A program made the translations under genes and the position numbers. 64,000 nt of DNA, from IMG/VR virus record IMGVR_UViG_3300032319_000936, positions 32,001 through 96,000 of that record; one strand, written 5' to 3'. The stretch comes from a virus (Duplodnaviria > Caudoviricetes). Shown piece by piece: positions 10,542 through 20,351 of this stretch (the stretch's first letter is position 1; each line of letters starts with the position of its first letter). The notes beneath the pieces are model-generated. The model saw only the letters and a program-made list of their open reading frames with translations, was not told the DNA's origin and searched no databases.

Positions 10542-10580
10542 GTCGCAATAATAATTAAATAAGCCGCGGTAACAACGATT

Positions 10581-11105
10581 TTACTTCTGAAATTCATATA
10601 CCTCGTGTTGATCCAAAGGAACTCTTGGCTCGGATGAAATAAGATTAAAATTCTTGCACTGTCTCAGGATGTACTCGGAATGGTCTAGATTTTTTTCATT
10701 GACAAATCCCAGAGTCAAATGAAAGGCAAAGTACGGTTCTCTAGTAAGCCCAATAGATTCTCTAATTGACTCTGCTTCTGGACAGTGAACTCTAAGCCAC
10801 CAGTGTTCCCCGTTTGATCTCGGCTCAATCTCGTAGTAGAAGTCTATCTCCCTGTCATGGAACATTGCAGCAACTTCGTCCCAATTAGCCGGATCGAACC
10901 TATCTGCTATGAATGAGATATGTGATCCCCTTAGAGTCTTGTTTAACTTAAGTCCAAATCTTGTTTCTATAAACCAAGCATAATATCTCTCTAGATCACA
11001 AGATGTCTCAATCAGAGCATGAACTTTCCATGAAGCCTGTGCCTCGTGTTTCCTTGTTTTTTTCTCAGGAAAGAAATTTAATTTACCCCTAGCCTTGATT
11101 ACCAT
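10581..11105 (-). CDS. 2H phosphoesterase-like protein
   Basis: Two Hx(S/T)h motifs, SHISF and FHLTLG, about 65 aa apart. Confidence 0.6.
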   Translation of the reverse strand: MVIKARGKLNFFPEKKTRKHEAQASWKVHALIETSCDLERYYAWFIETRFGLKLNKTLRGSHISFIADRFDPANWDEVAAMFHDREIDFYYEIEPRSNGEHWWLRVHCPEAESIRESIGLTREPYFAFHLTLGFVNEKNLDHSEYILRQCKNFNLISSEPRVPLDQHEVYEFQK

Positions 11106-11120
11106 AGTGCAAAGATAAAC

Positions 11121-11149
11121 AAAAAACCCGTAGAAACTCTACGGGTTTT
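11121..11149. terminator. Intrinsic terminator (overlaps the next promoter)
   Basis: AAAACCCGTAGA-AAC-TCTACGGGTTTT hairpin. Confidence 0.75.
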
Positions 11150-11168
11150 ATGGAATGCTTATCTAAAT

Positions 11169-11471
11169 TTAATTATTTACTTTTTTATATGTGAAATATA
11201 CTATACTGTCACCAATCTGATAGTGGTGTCTAGTTTTAATTACAGATCCGTCATCCAAAGTGACGTCGTACATTAGATTTATCTCCTCGTGGACACCAAC
11301 CGGACGATGTACATCTACGTTAGCTACTCCCTTTACCATTCTTTCTTTCGTCACTATATTTTCATCCGATTTTGATGCGAGTATAAAGATGACGCAAATT
11401 GTGAAAAGCACGATAAGTATACCGGCTATCGTGGCTAATTCATTTCTTTTATTTTCAGACGTTTGTTCCAT
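11169..11471 (-). CDS. Membrane-anchored hypothetical protein
   Basis: N-terminal hydrophobic helix. Confidence 0.55.
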   Translation of the reverse strand: MEQTSENKRNELATIAGILIVLFTICVIFILASKSDENIVTKERMVKGVANVDVHRPVGVHEEINLMYDVTLDDGSVIKTRHHYQIGDSIVYFTYKKVNN

Positions 11472-11759
11472 TTGTAATTTTTTAGTAAATGTATATCATG
11501 TTATTGCCATTTAAAAGGATTAGCTGAATCTATCTGATCTTTTATTCCGATAAACCCGAACATTAATATTCCCATAATTAAAGCTAATCCTGCAACCAAA
11601 TAAGATAGAGGATTCCACGGGTTAAACCTTCTTACCCTTCTATTCTTCAGAGTTCTTTTCTCCTGGATGATCCAGGCCAATTTTAATAATTTTCTCATTT
11701 TCTTTATTTTTCTAAATAAAATTCTATAACTCCTTGCACTTTTTCCTGTGTGAATTATT

Positions 11760-12494
11760 TTAATGTTTAAAAGATGGCTCCAAATGTAATCCGTTTTTAA
11801 ATATCATTTTCATAAGTCCTGGAATATGAGATTCCATATCATTTAATAATTTAAGAGATTCTATAGTGTCATGCTTAAACATTTTAAATAATTCTTCTCT
11901 TATTCTTTCTCCGGAAACAGTACTTTCTAATTTTTCAAGAATACCTGGCTGTTTAATAGCTTCTAAAATTGATGGATCTATAATAAATCCTTTAGTGATA
12001 GAAAATCTCCAACTCCTCAAGATTCTTAATGGATCGTCCATCATTGTAATTCTAGGATCTAATGGAGTTTTCAATATTTTTGATTTAAGATCGTCTACAC
12101 CACCAAATAAATCTATTAGATTCCCATCTTCGTCCTCGGCCATAGCATTGAGGGTAAAGTCTCTTCGGATAAGGTCATCTTCTAGTGTTCCAAGAGCCAA
12201 GATAGGCTTTCTTGTTCCCTCGAAGTATCCTATTTCTTTTCTAGCCATTACAAAGTCAGCTACAAGCTTTTCATTCTCGCTACCCTTTGGAAACTTAGCT
12301 CTTATAGTGAAGCAATCCGGAGTGGAAAGGAATATCTCGAATCCTTCTCTCGTCATCCATTCGGTCATCTCCTGGAATCCTTCTTCAACTGTCTTATCGA
12401 GTTCATCTAGAACAAACGTGAAGTCTATGTCCTTAGAGTGAACACCTAATAGCTTATCCCTAACCGAGCCACCCACTTTAAATATCTTTGGCAT
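11760..12494 (-). CDS. cca: tRNA nucleotidyltransferase (CCA-adding/poly(A) polymerase family)
   Basis: VGGSVRDKLLG..SKDIDF, LEDDLIRRDFTLNAMA, DDPLRILR..RF, VSGERIREEL. Confidence 0.85.
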   Translation of the reverse strand: MPKIFKVGGSVRDKLLGVHSKDIDFTFVLDELDKTVEEGFQEMTEWMTREGFEIFLSTPDCFTIRAKFPKGSENEKLVADFVMARKEIGYFEGTRKPILALGTLEDDLIRRDFTLNAMAEDEDGNLIDLFGGVDDLKSKILKTPLDPRITMMDDPLRILRSWRFSITKGFIIDPSILEAIKQPGILEKLESTVSGERIREELFKMFKHDTIESLKLLNDMESHIPGLMKMIFKNGLHLEPSFKH

Positions 12495-12523
12495 TTTCTT
12501 TTGTTTAATAGATCAAATGTAAA

Positions 12524-13114
12524 TCAATCTTCCGTAGGTGTTCCGATAGGTTCTGATACTTCTTTATCAGCAAGTTGTTTTTCTATGTAGTCTGCAATTG
12601 TCATAATTGCATCGTCGCCAATCCACCAGTGCTCCTTCCCGTTAATGGTCACTGAGAAGTCTCCATCGGTTGGATCAAGAACAACTGCATTGAACTCGAT
12701 GACTGGATTGTGTCTCCCCTTATTATCTTTCTCTAGTCTTTCCAACATTTCGGTCATCACCCTAGATTTGCGTACCCCTGGAAGTTTTTTATCCGCCCTC
12801 TCCTCCTCTCGCTTTCTCCATGCAAGTACTTTATCGTGATTATAGTACTCTGTAGTTACCCCAGATTGACCATGGGTTACGATAAGGTTAAGATCAGACC
12901 AGTCAGTTACCTTCTTCCAGTTGTTTAGAATATATGACTTGGCTATGTTAGCAATATGATCCATTGCTGCCATGTGCTTACGATACTCTTCCATGTAGTT
13001 TTTTTCCACATAGAAAATACTCTCCTTATACGCATTTTCAAAATCATCCTCTGTCATAAAACAGGGTGTGAAAAGTCCTCCGATTGTGTTTTCCATTTCT
13101 ACCATTTTTTCCAA
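12524..13114 (-). CDS. Hypothetical protein
   Basis: 196-aa ORF. Confidence 0.6.
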   Translation of the reverse strand: MEKMVEMENTIGGLFTPCFMTEDDFENAYKESIFYVEKNYMEEYRKHMAAMDHIANIAKSYILNNWKKVTDWSDLNLIVTHGQSGVTTEYYNHDKVLAWRKREEERADKKLPGVRKSRVMTEMLERLEKDNKGRHNPVIEFNAVVLDPTDGDFSVTINGKEHWWIGDDAIMTIADYIEKQLADKEVSEPIGTPTED

Positions 13115-13365
13115 TCTGTTAAATCTAATTCTTCATCTGTGCACTCGTCCTTCACCGTCTTAATTGTTCCTAATCCAGTTGGTGTAAACATAAAAGTCCA
13201 TCTTTCTCCAGCTGCTGTCGTAGCTGGATTTTTTTTCTTCTGTTCTACACTCCATTCCTCAAATTTTATTATCTCCTCTGGATCTAGTTCAAATTTATAC
13301 ATCCCCTTATAAATTGAATAATTTTCTCCATAGTGGTTTTTTTCCAATCCTAAGATTCTCCGCAT
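13099..13365 (-). CDS. Conserved-type phage hypothetical protein
   Basis: GERWTFMFTPTGLG...LDLTD motif. Confidence 0.55.
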   Translation of the reverse strand: MRRILGLEKNHYGENYSIYKGMYKFELDPEEIIKFEEWSVEQKKKNPATTAAGERWTFMFTPTGLGTIKTVKDECTDEELDLTDWKKW

Positions 13366-14200
13366 AATAGAACACGCTTGGGTTATTTCCTACCCCGATA
13401 ATAGCATGTCTAGAAACTAGAAGGCATTTGTGGGCTCTTACCATTTCATCAGCTACCTTAAGGAATTCGTTTTTGTGTTCGCAATAATAAACGCCCGGCT
13501 CTTGCTCTAGAGGTGTTCTGCCAATAACAATTTGCTCAGAATTCCACGGATCTATATTTGATATGTAGATTTCTATATTGGGTAGGTGACCAACTAATGT
13601 ATATCCTGTTGTCGACATCGAATCTCTTGATCCAGCAAAGACATAACGCGGGTCATTTTGGATTTCTGTTAATATCAATCGGCTCACTATTGCAAAGTTA
13701 GCTTGACCCAGATGTCCATCTGCTCCGATGCGATTTGATAGAACAAGCAATCTGGATGCTATTGATTCGGAGTAGTTCGGTAAACTTGTCTTAAACACTT
13801 TCTCGATCCATTTGAGCCAATTTGATTTCTTTGACTCTGCATTTACAGTTCCTAATTCAACATACTTTCGGTACAAACTCTTTTCAATTCCAAGACGCAT
13901 TTCATTACATAATGTGGGATAAAGTTCTTCAATAATATTTATATTATGGTAGGTTAGTATATCATTGAGCTGTTCATCTGACACCTCCGACGATACTCGA
14001 AATTCCTCAGCCTGTACATGTCTTGTAAACATTTTTAGATCTAGTCTAGACATAGGAAAATCTTCCGAGCTTGTTTCCATCTGGTTTTCTGTCTGCGTAA
14101 AATCCATATAGAAGATAGCTGCTGTTGGATTAGGCATAGTAAGGCGTAGTGCTGTATTGATTAGGCCACCCTCCATTTTTACATTTTGTGATTCTTTCAT
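13307..14200 (-). CDS. T4 gp23/gp24 capsid-fold paralogue (short, divergent)
   Basis: MPNPTAAIFYMDF; LDLKMFTRHVQAEEFRVSSEVSDEQLNDILTYHNINIIEEL...NEMRLGIEK aligns by eye with gp23 FRIDKQVIEAKSRQLKAAYSIELAQDLRAVHGMDADAEL...EIMLEINRE; ANFAIVS; VG.L..IEIY.DP; GVYYC. Confidence 0.6.
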   Translation of the reverse strand: MKESQNVKMEGGLINTALRLTMPNPTAAIFYMDFTQTENQMETSSEDFPMSRLDLKMFTRHVQAEEFRVSSEVSDEQLNDILTYHNINIIEELYPTLCNEMRLGIEKSLYRKYVELGTVNAESKKSNWLKWIEKVFKTSLPNYSESIASRLLVLSNRIGADGHLGQANFAIVSRLILTEIQNDPRYVFAGSRDSMSTTGYTLVGHLPNIEIYISNIDPWNSEQIVIGRTPLEQEPGVYYCEHKNEFLKVADEMVRAHKCLLVSRHAIIGVGNNPSVFYYAENLRIGKKPLWRKLFNL

Positions 14201-14228
14201 TTTTTTATTTGTTTATTGTTTTATTTAT

Positions 14229-15863
14229 TTAGATATTAGATTGAACTCTCTGACGAATAGTTGCTAGATCTGTGGTGTTGTGGAATTCGCCGTTCAGGTA
14301 GATCTCTTGAAGTAGGCCTGTCTTTTCTGTTGCCCATTGAACTTTATCATATAGACCGATCTTTCCATCATGCTCTTCCACGCAAAGTAATCCAGTTGCA
14401 GATTTCTTAGTTCCGTCATCTGTGATAGGGTCTTTAAAGATCTCCCGACCTTCTGTTGCAGAAGCTGGACTTCCCGATTCAGCTGAATGTATAATTTCAA
14501 CATAGGTTGCTTTCATTGCAAAGCCAAATGTGTCACGAGTGTTGTATTGGTAAGTGAATGAACCTATACCTAATACTACGTTGGTAGAAGCAAATCCTTT
14601 AGCAGCAAGCCTTTCGCAAATTTCATTGGCACGGTCGATAGTAATTGAGTCGCCATAGATTGCTCCAATATGGGAGTCAAGAACTTTGTAACCTTGTTCG
14701 TTTATAGTACCTCCGAAAACATCCCATAGTAATTCAATAACACCTTTTCTAGATGGTTCTACCGCAATCTGAATCGCTTTACATTGATCAGTTCCCACCA
14801 CTTCGACTAGCTTAAAAGTTTCGCCTTTACTGTTTTGATAAACCGCAGTATTTAATGCTCGGCCTTGTCTAGAAAAAACTAATCCATCTACTAAGCTTTC
14901 ATCATAGAACGTGTCGTATTCTCTACCGGTCCCACAAAGAATGTCAACTGGATCTCCAGAGTCAGGACGAATAACCAGTTTACCTTCACGAGCAAGAATT
15001 TCTTCTTTCAAGGTAACAATGTGCTTAGTGCACACGTCCCAGATATTCCATGTATCTGAAACCACGCTTAGTATTCCCTTTGGGTACATCCCTAATAATC
15101 TAAGGAATGTAGCAACCTCATCTTCTTTGCCCCCCGCCGCCATTACCGAATGCTCAGTTGCAGGAACAGAGCCAGCAACAAATCCTTCCGCTCCATAGTA
15201 CTTACGAGCTCCGTAGATTGCAGGAAGTGAATCAGATCCTGAGAAGGATGTCAAGTGACCCAAGCCAGATGAAATGACTGCTTCAGCGGAGTCCATACCT
15301 CGCATAGAGAAGTCATGTCCTTGCCAGTCTATGAACCATGCATTCGACGGGTCTGTCTTTCTCATCCAGCCAGTAAGAACCTTGCGGTATTGGTGAGCAA
15401 TCGTAGCGGAGGTCATCGGTTTCCATAACAAGTTAGAAAGGATTGTCTCTAAATAGTTGGTTAACCAATAGAAGTCCGGATGCGTGTTATAGATCGTAAG
15501 AACTGGAACCTTAATAGGAACCATTGTTCCTTCAGGAAGAGATTTAACCGCGATTGGTAAGTAGCCGAGATCATGTAGCTTTTCAAAGTGGGTCACATCA
15601 TAGTCCATACCCAAATACATGGAGAGTTCTTCCCTCATCTGTCCGCAAACTACCTCTTTAGGTTGTGAGAAGAAATCCTTTTGGAATGCTTCGTGGATCT
15701 GTTGCATTACCATTTGTTGTCCAAACGATACTACGTGATCACAACCTTTAGGAGCATACCTGTTTGAACGAGGTGTGAAATTTGAATACACCAAAGTTGT
15801 TCCCTCTGGATACATTTTGTTGTGGCCAGTTTTATAGCCGTCGGTTAAAAATAATGGATTCAT
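14229..15863 (-). CDS. Nicotinamide phosphoribosyltransferase family (NAMPT / possible NARP1 Namat)
   Basis: LTDGYKTGH, HDFSMRG, SVPATEHSVM, SVVSDTW, LVIRPDSGDP, IYGDSIT, TRDTFGFAMKAT, KDPITDDGTKKSATG. Confidence 0.9.
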   Translation of the reverse strand: MNPLFLTDGYKTGHNKMYPEGTTLVYSNFTPRSNRYAPKGCDHVVSFGQQMVMQQIHEAFQKDFFSQPKEVVCGQMREELSMYLGMDYDVTHFEKLHDLGYLPIAVKSLPEGTMVPIKVPVLTIYNTHPDFYWLTNYLETILSNLLWKPMTSATIAHQYRKVLTGWMRKTDPSNAWFIDWQGHDFSMRGMDSAEAVISSGLGHLTSFSGSDSLPAIYGARKYYGAEGFVAGSVPATEHSVMAAGGKEDEVATFLRLLGMYPKGILSVVSDTWNIWDVCTKHIVTLKEEILAREGKLVIRPDSGDPVDILCGTGREYDTFYDESLVDGLVFSRQGRALNTAVYQNSKGETFKLVEVVGTDQCKAIQIAVEPSRKGVIELLWDVFGGTINEQGYKVLDSHIGAIYGDSITIDRANEICERLAAKGFASTNVVLGIGSFTYQYNTRDTFGFAMKATYVEIIHSAESGSPASATEGREIFKDPITDDGTKKSATGLLCVEEHDGKIGLYDKVQWATEKTGLLQEIYLNGEFHNTTDLATIRQRVQSNI

Positions 15864-15928
15864 GTTTTTTTAATTATAGTGCAAAAATAAAAAAGGATCT
15901 CGTAGGATCCTTGAAGTTAATTGAATTT

Positions 15929-16420
15929 TTATCTCGTTAGCCAATTCCTATTAGCGGAAACCACATGTATCTTTGTCATTAAAGCTCCCCATGCTTCCTC
16001 CAGATCGTTGAACATTGGAATATCGTATCTTGTGCAGAAGATCTCTACGTTTCCCTTTCTCCAAAATCCATCGGGACAGCAAACTATCATTTTACCTGAA
16101 CTGCCATAGGAGCCAAGCTCTAAAAGAGAAATTGGACTCTGCGTCCCTGGTGAGAAGTACATGAAGACGATGTCTGCTTTATCTAAGGAATCCATCTCCC
16201 AGTTTACCTGGTAGTTGAACTGCGGGTTCTTTTGTTCTTGTTTCCAGGATGAATCCCAATCATCTCTTCTGGGATTAAGGAACGTAATAGGGAAGTCCTT
16301 GAAGTTTTCGGTCATTCTGGTTTGCCAATCCTCACATTGACCCATCTCAATTGAGCCCGCGCAGAAAACTGATAAGCCTTCTATGATTTGATCGTTTGAG
16401 TTTGGTTTAATTACTTTCAT
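15929..16420 (-). CDS. Nucleoside 2-deoxyribosyltransferase-like protein
   Basis: VFCAGSIEMG...DWQ...NPRRDDWD...QVNWE...SPISLLELG. Confidence 0.8.
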   Translation of the reverse strand: MKVIKPNSNDQIIEGLSVFCAGSIEMGQCEDWQTRMTENFKDFPITFLNPRRDDWDSSWKQEQKNPQFNYQVNWEMDSLDKADIVFMYFSPGTQSPISLLELGSYGSSGKMIVCCPDGFWRKGNVEIFCTRYDIPMFNDLEEAWGALMTKIHVVSANRNWLTR

Positions 16421-16425
16421 TTTTT

Positions 16426-16779
16426 TTATTTTAAGAATTCGCTTTCGTTTACATCGTACTCCATATACTCGATTGGTATATCGTGATCCCTTGCTATAGA
16501 CATCTCCTCTTCTACACCTCTGGATTTATCCCAGCCTTCCATTTTAACAACAAGAAGTTTATCACACTTATATAGAATCTGAGCGCAGAAGTTCTGCCAG
16601 AACTGCCAATCCGATGGCATCTTTTTGAAATCCAATAGGGTGTGACCGTATGTTATTGGCGAAATAGCAACGTGTCCCTCTGAGACAAGCTTAGCCGCTA
16701 CTCTACTTATCTTTCTAAAGTTCTCCTCCACCACTGCTGGATCGGTGTGACTGTATGGTGATGCTAGATATATTACCAT
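16426..16779 (-). CDS. DUF1937-like (NDT-fold) protein
   Basis: IYLASPYSH...SPITYGH...W...C..L.V..MEGWDKSRGVEEE. Confidence 0.75.
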   Translation of the reverse strand: MVIYLASPYSHTDPAVVEENFRKISRVAAKLVSEGHVAISPITYGHTLLDFKKMPSDWQFWQNFCAQILYKCDKLLVVKMEGWDKSRGVEEEMSIARDHDIPIEYMEYDVNESEFLK

Positions 16780-16780
16780 T

Positions 16781-17182
16781 TTAATAAGTTACCGTTTCAA
16801 ATCTTTTCTTCGACTTCTCCCTTAATGCGGAAACCCAGTTGTAAGCCTCTGTGTTACTATCGAAGTCTTTTGTTACCGTGTATTCGTGTTCGAGATAAAC
16901 AGTGACATGAGACTTATTGTAAACAGTTTTAGTCAATTCGTCCACTAGATAGTCGCTATCCGTTAATTCCTTAGCGCTGTTAGCGTAAGCATCATAGCAG
17001 CTACCTTCGAACCACTCATAATAGCATCCATTACTATAATAGCCTTCTGCGTGCCATGCGTTTCTTTTGATCAATCCAAAGAAGAAAGTCTTTTGCTTTC
17101 TAGGTAACCATCTGTAACTGGTTTTAGTAATACCCCTTAATTCAATACCGATAATTCGGCTTATGTCAAAGTGTTGCTCCAT
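16781..17182 (-). CDS. Hypothetical protein
   Basis: 133-aa ORF in operon. Confidence 0.55.
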   Translation of the reverse strand: MEQHFDISRIIGIELRGITKTSYRWLPRKQKTFFFGLIKRNAWHAEGYYSNGCYYEWFEGSCYDAYANSAKELTDSDYLVDELTKTVYNKSHVTVYLEHEYTVTKDFDSNTEAYNWVSALREKSKKRFETVTY

Positions 17183-17378
17183 GGTTATTTTTTATTTCTC
17201 TTAAAGTTAGCTCTAGATTAGTTATCACGGAATGCATAAGATTTGTAGGTTTACTTTCATATTCAGCCTTTGCTAAACGAATAGAAGCTAAGATATTTCC
17301 TTCAATTGCTTCCGAATATGAAGTTTCATTCTTAACTTCGTTGGTTTCTTCTTTTTTCTTTGCCATTTTATTTTTTAT

Positions 17379-17804
17379 TTATTTGTGAAATTTGCTAAAA
17401 GTCTTATCGTATTCTTCCCAATACTTGACCAACTGATGCTCTTCTAGATCAAAGAGTAGATTGTTTTCTACCCAGCGGTACATGTGATAGCCAAAACGTA
17501 AATCTCTTAGATATCCTGAGCAATAGTCTCCGCTTTCGGATTGCTTACACATCAAGGCACTACAACAGCCTTCCTCCCCACAAGCCTCGCATTCCCGACA
17601 GTATGGACCGTAAGTATCCTCTGCTGCCTCATAGGCACCATCAGGTCCTATCTGGAAATCATCAGATACCCTTGGCTCTATATTTTTGATGCTCTCAGCT
17701 AGTTTATTGCTGTGCCATTTGAGCCACTCCTGATATGTCCAGTGTGCATTTTCAGGATTGCTTTCTATGAAGAGTTTATATTGAGATTCTAGTGTCATTT
17801 TCAT
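17379..17804 (-). CDS. Cys-rich hypothetical protein
   Basis: YCRECEACGEEGCC motif. Confidence 0.55.
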   Translation of the reverse strand: MKMTLESQYKLFIESNPENAHWTYQEWLKWHSNKLAESIKNIEPRVSDDFQIGPDGAYEAAEDTYGPYCRECEACGEEGCCSALMCKQSESGDYCSGYLRDLRFGYHMYRWVENNLLFDLEEHQLVKYWEEYDKTFSKFHK

Positions 17805-18291
17805 TTGGTTTTGCGTCAGCTAATAACTTTGTTTTTACTAAAGTTAGAGCTTGTCCCAGTAGGTTAAGACCCTGCCAGTATGACGGATCGTCTATACCCT
17901 CAGCATCCTCGGCTAAGCCAATACCCCAGATCGTATCAAATGGTGAGGCTTCAACGAAAATTCTATTCTCTGCCGATAGCATCTGTTCTTTTAGCTCGGG
18001 ATTTTGTGAAAATTTCGCTAGATTTCCTTCGTAGACAATTGCTAAACAATTCTTATCCCAGGTTGCCTTATCGAATCCTTTAATCATTCGACCGTATTTC
18101 TTTTGCTCCTTGGGATTAGATTCGTTCATAATCAATTCAGCAATTTCGGAATCCCCAAATAGCAATGCTTTTTGGTGCATCATGTACTGCTCACAAGAAT
18201 TGTATTCGATATTATCGACTGTCATCGGGGCTTTGTGCCATTGGGAATATATGCCATTCCAAAAGAAGACGTGCTTATCTGTAATTTTCAT
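17776..18291 (-). CDS. NADAR family (YbiA-like) protein
   Basis: SQWH...EQYMMHQKALLFGD...KKYGR...KFSQN...EASPFDTIWGIG...GLNLLG. Confidence 0.9.
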   Translation of the reverse strand: MKITDKHVFFWNGIYSQWHKAPMTVDNIEYNSCEQYMMHQKALLFGDSEIAELIMNESNPKEQKKYGRMIKGFDKATWDKNCLAIVYEGNLAKFSQNPELKEQMLSAENRIFVEASPFDTIWGIGLAEDAEGIDDPSYWQGLNLLGQALTLVKTKLLADAKPNENDTRISI

Positions 18292-18293
18292 AA

Positions 18294-18812
18294 TTATGGT
18301 TTATAGTTTACTATTGTCACTAAGCAGTCTTTTAGCTCTCCCTTTATTATTTGTTCTATTCTATCCCAATCTCCACCTGCTAATCCAGATCCTATTTTTC
18401 CCATGCCAATGTGTTTACCCTTGAACACTCTATTCATCTTCCTCATGCAGATCGTGAAAGCATCATAGTCGAAAGGCTGTGCCACACCATCAGAGTGGTT
18501 TCTGCCATAACTATATTGCGTGTAGGCATTCACAACAACGAGCTCTGTTCCTTTATCGGGATTGCTTTCTCCGAGGTCAATAGTAAATGCGTTGTTCTTT
18601 TCGAGAAGAAAAGTTTTCCAGTCAATGTTTCCTAGCTTATCAATGCTAGGTCCCCACATTTCCATTTCGAACTTATCGCATCCAAAAGCTGCTGCCATCT
18701 GTGGAGCAATCCCGCTTTTCATAACCGAAAGACAGTTACAACCATGTGCTATCACATCAAATTTTGCTTCTTTAGCAAGCTTAATTAAGTCTCCGTCTAT
18801 GTACTTTATCAT
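18294..18812 (-). CDS. Macro domain (ADP-ribose binding/hydrolase) protein
   Basis: IDGDLI, IAHGCNC...MKSGIA, VNAYTQY, KIGSGLAGGDW. Confidence 0.9.
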   Translation of the reverse strand: MIKYIDGDLIKLAKEAKFDVIAHGCNCLSVMKSGIAPQMAAAFGCDKFEMEMWGPSIDKLGNIDWKTFLLEKNNAFTIDLGESNPDKGTELVVVNAYTQYSYGRNHSDGVAQPFDYDAFTICMRKMNRVFKGKHIGMGKIGSGLAGGDWDRIEQIIKGELKDCLVTIVNYKP

Positions 18813-18857
18813 ATTGTTTCAATTTTAGTGAGGCACCCCTCACAATTGGTCTGTATA

Positions 18858-19754
18858 TTAAAATGAGTTAAATTGCATTAAGTAATCTTTACCTACTGTG
18901 TAGTCACTGTGATGCTCTACGTCAATGTCAGAATAGCTGTTTGAAGAGTAAACCTTCTTGATGTGCTTGCTCAATTCATAAAAGCTGTTACTAAAGATGC
19001 CGTGTGTAACGATCAAGTAAACCTCGGCTGTGGGTCTGCTATCATGGATTGCCTTTGCCAACTCAATGAAAGTTCTTCCTCCATCGCAGATGTCATCAAC
19101 TATTACATATTTTAGATCCTCGTGTTGATCCAGCACAGGGATCTCGGTGTGTAGGATTTTGCCCGTTTTGATGTCTCTAACCTTAGTTGCTGTGATAATC
19201 TTTCTGATCTCGAACTTCTGAGCAACATCGAAGATCTTCTTGTAAGCCCCGGCGTCAGGTGATACTAGCACAATACGATCCTGTGCATCCCTCTTATTGT
19301 CAATATCGGTTAAAGCCTTCTTAACAATATCGTGATTGCTGACCTTAACGAAATTATCCAGACAAGCTTCCAAAACATCCGAGTGAGGATCCAGAATGGT
19401 CACGGACTCGAATTTTTGAGAGTTGATGATTGGGCAGATAACTTGCTTTAAGTAGTTAGCATCACCTTCTGTAAAACGACGATCCGAACGTGCACCCATG
19501 AAATATGGAGTGTAGAGCTGAATGTTTTGGATGCCAGTATTACGAAGTGCCGCAGTTGCACAGACGATTAATTCCAGATCCTTGAATGTGTTAAGACGGC
19601 TTTTGATCATCACGCCTCCTGCATGAACTGCAGCGAGGTGTGCCATGTCAACGATTAGCGTGACAGATTGCTGTCCATCAGGGAATCTGTTGATCATGAA
19701 ATCGATCTGTGAATTTTCTGGATAGGCCAGATTTAAAGTTTTGTAATTTGACAT
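18858..19754 (-). CDS. Ribose-phosphate pyrophosphokinase family (Prs / possible NARP1 Adps)
   Basis: RFPDGQ, PYFMGARSDR, DPHS, VSPDAGA, IVDDICDGGRTF, VTHGIFS. Confidence 0.9.
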   Translation of the reverse strand: MSNYKTLNLAYPENSQIDFMINRFPDGQQSVTLIVDMAHLAAVHAGGVMIKSRLNTFKDLELIVCATAALRNTGIQNIQLYTPYFMGARSDRRFTEGDANYLKQVICPIINSQKFESVTILDPHSDVLEACLDNFVKVSNHDIVKKALTDIDNKRDAQDRIVLVSPDAGAYKKIFDVAQKFEIRKIITATKVRDIKTGKILHTEIPVLDQHEDLKYVIVDDICDGGRTFIELAKAIHDSRPTAEVYLIVTHGIFSNSFYELSKHIKKVYSSNSYSDIDVEHHSDYTVGKDYLMQFNSF

Positions 19755-19757
19755 ATC

Positions 19758-20000
19758 TTATTCCTTATTATGAATTGGGTTTGTACAGTTTCCTTTGTGT
19801 GACAGATAGTTTGAATTGGGATCTCCACCTAAGTGTCCAATATACTGGCAACCATCGATAGTGTATTCAGTAATAATAACTCTTTGATTAGGCAAATCTA
19901 ACTCGTAGTGAGTTTGTTCCACGTGTTTGACCGATTCTATATCATCGCAAGATGCAAAGAAGATAGCAATAAATGTTAGAATAAATGTTTTGATTTTCAT
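19758..20000 (-). CDS. Small lipoprotein
   Basis: Likely start 20000: MKIKTFILTFIAIFFAS-C lipobox; promoter motif at 20021-20043; C-terminal HKGNCTNPIH. Confidence 0.55.
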   Translation of the reverse strand: MKIKTFILTFIAIFFASCDDIESVKHVEQTHYELDLPNQRVIITEYTIDGCQYIGHLGGDPNSNYLSHKGNCTNPIHNKE

Positions 20001-20351
20001 ACTGCTTTTAATTATAACAGCAATATTAAGAAATGTTCCCGGAGAATACCAGATGATTAGTTGGGAAAGTACATGTCCTTCCCAGAGCCAGTGACATACT
20101 TCACGCAAGCACCGTGTGGTGTTTTCAATTCAGCAAACATCGGATCCCCTGTTGGCAGACGCACCTCCATTCTATAACCTGTGACACTTATAGAAACCAG
20201 TGGATTTCTACTAGAACCAAGAAGAATAAGCTTGGCATCAGTTAGATCCAAATCTGAATCAAAGTTAACGATGACACACTCCTTAGAGATAGCAACCGCT
20301 TGAAAATCCACTATAAGAGGGTTTGTGTGCATACGTTAATATCTATCCAGG

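Noticed and set aside
11866-12441. Long plus-strand ORFs antisense to recognised genes (also 44879, 58884, 63435)
   Set aside because: Antisense shadows of well-supported minus-strand genes.
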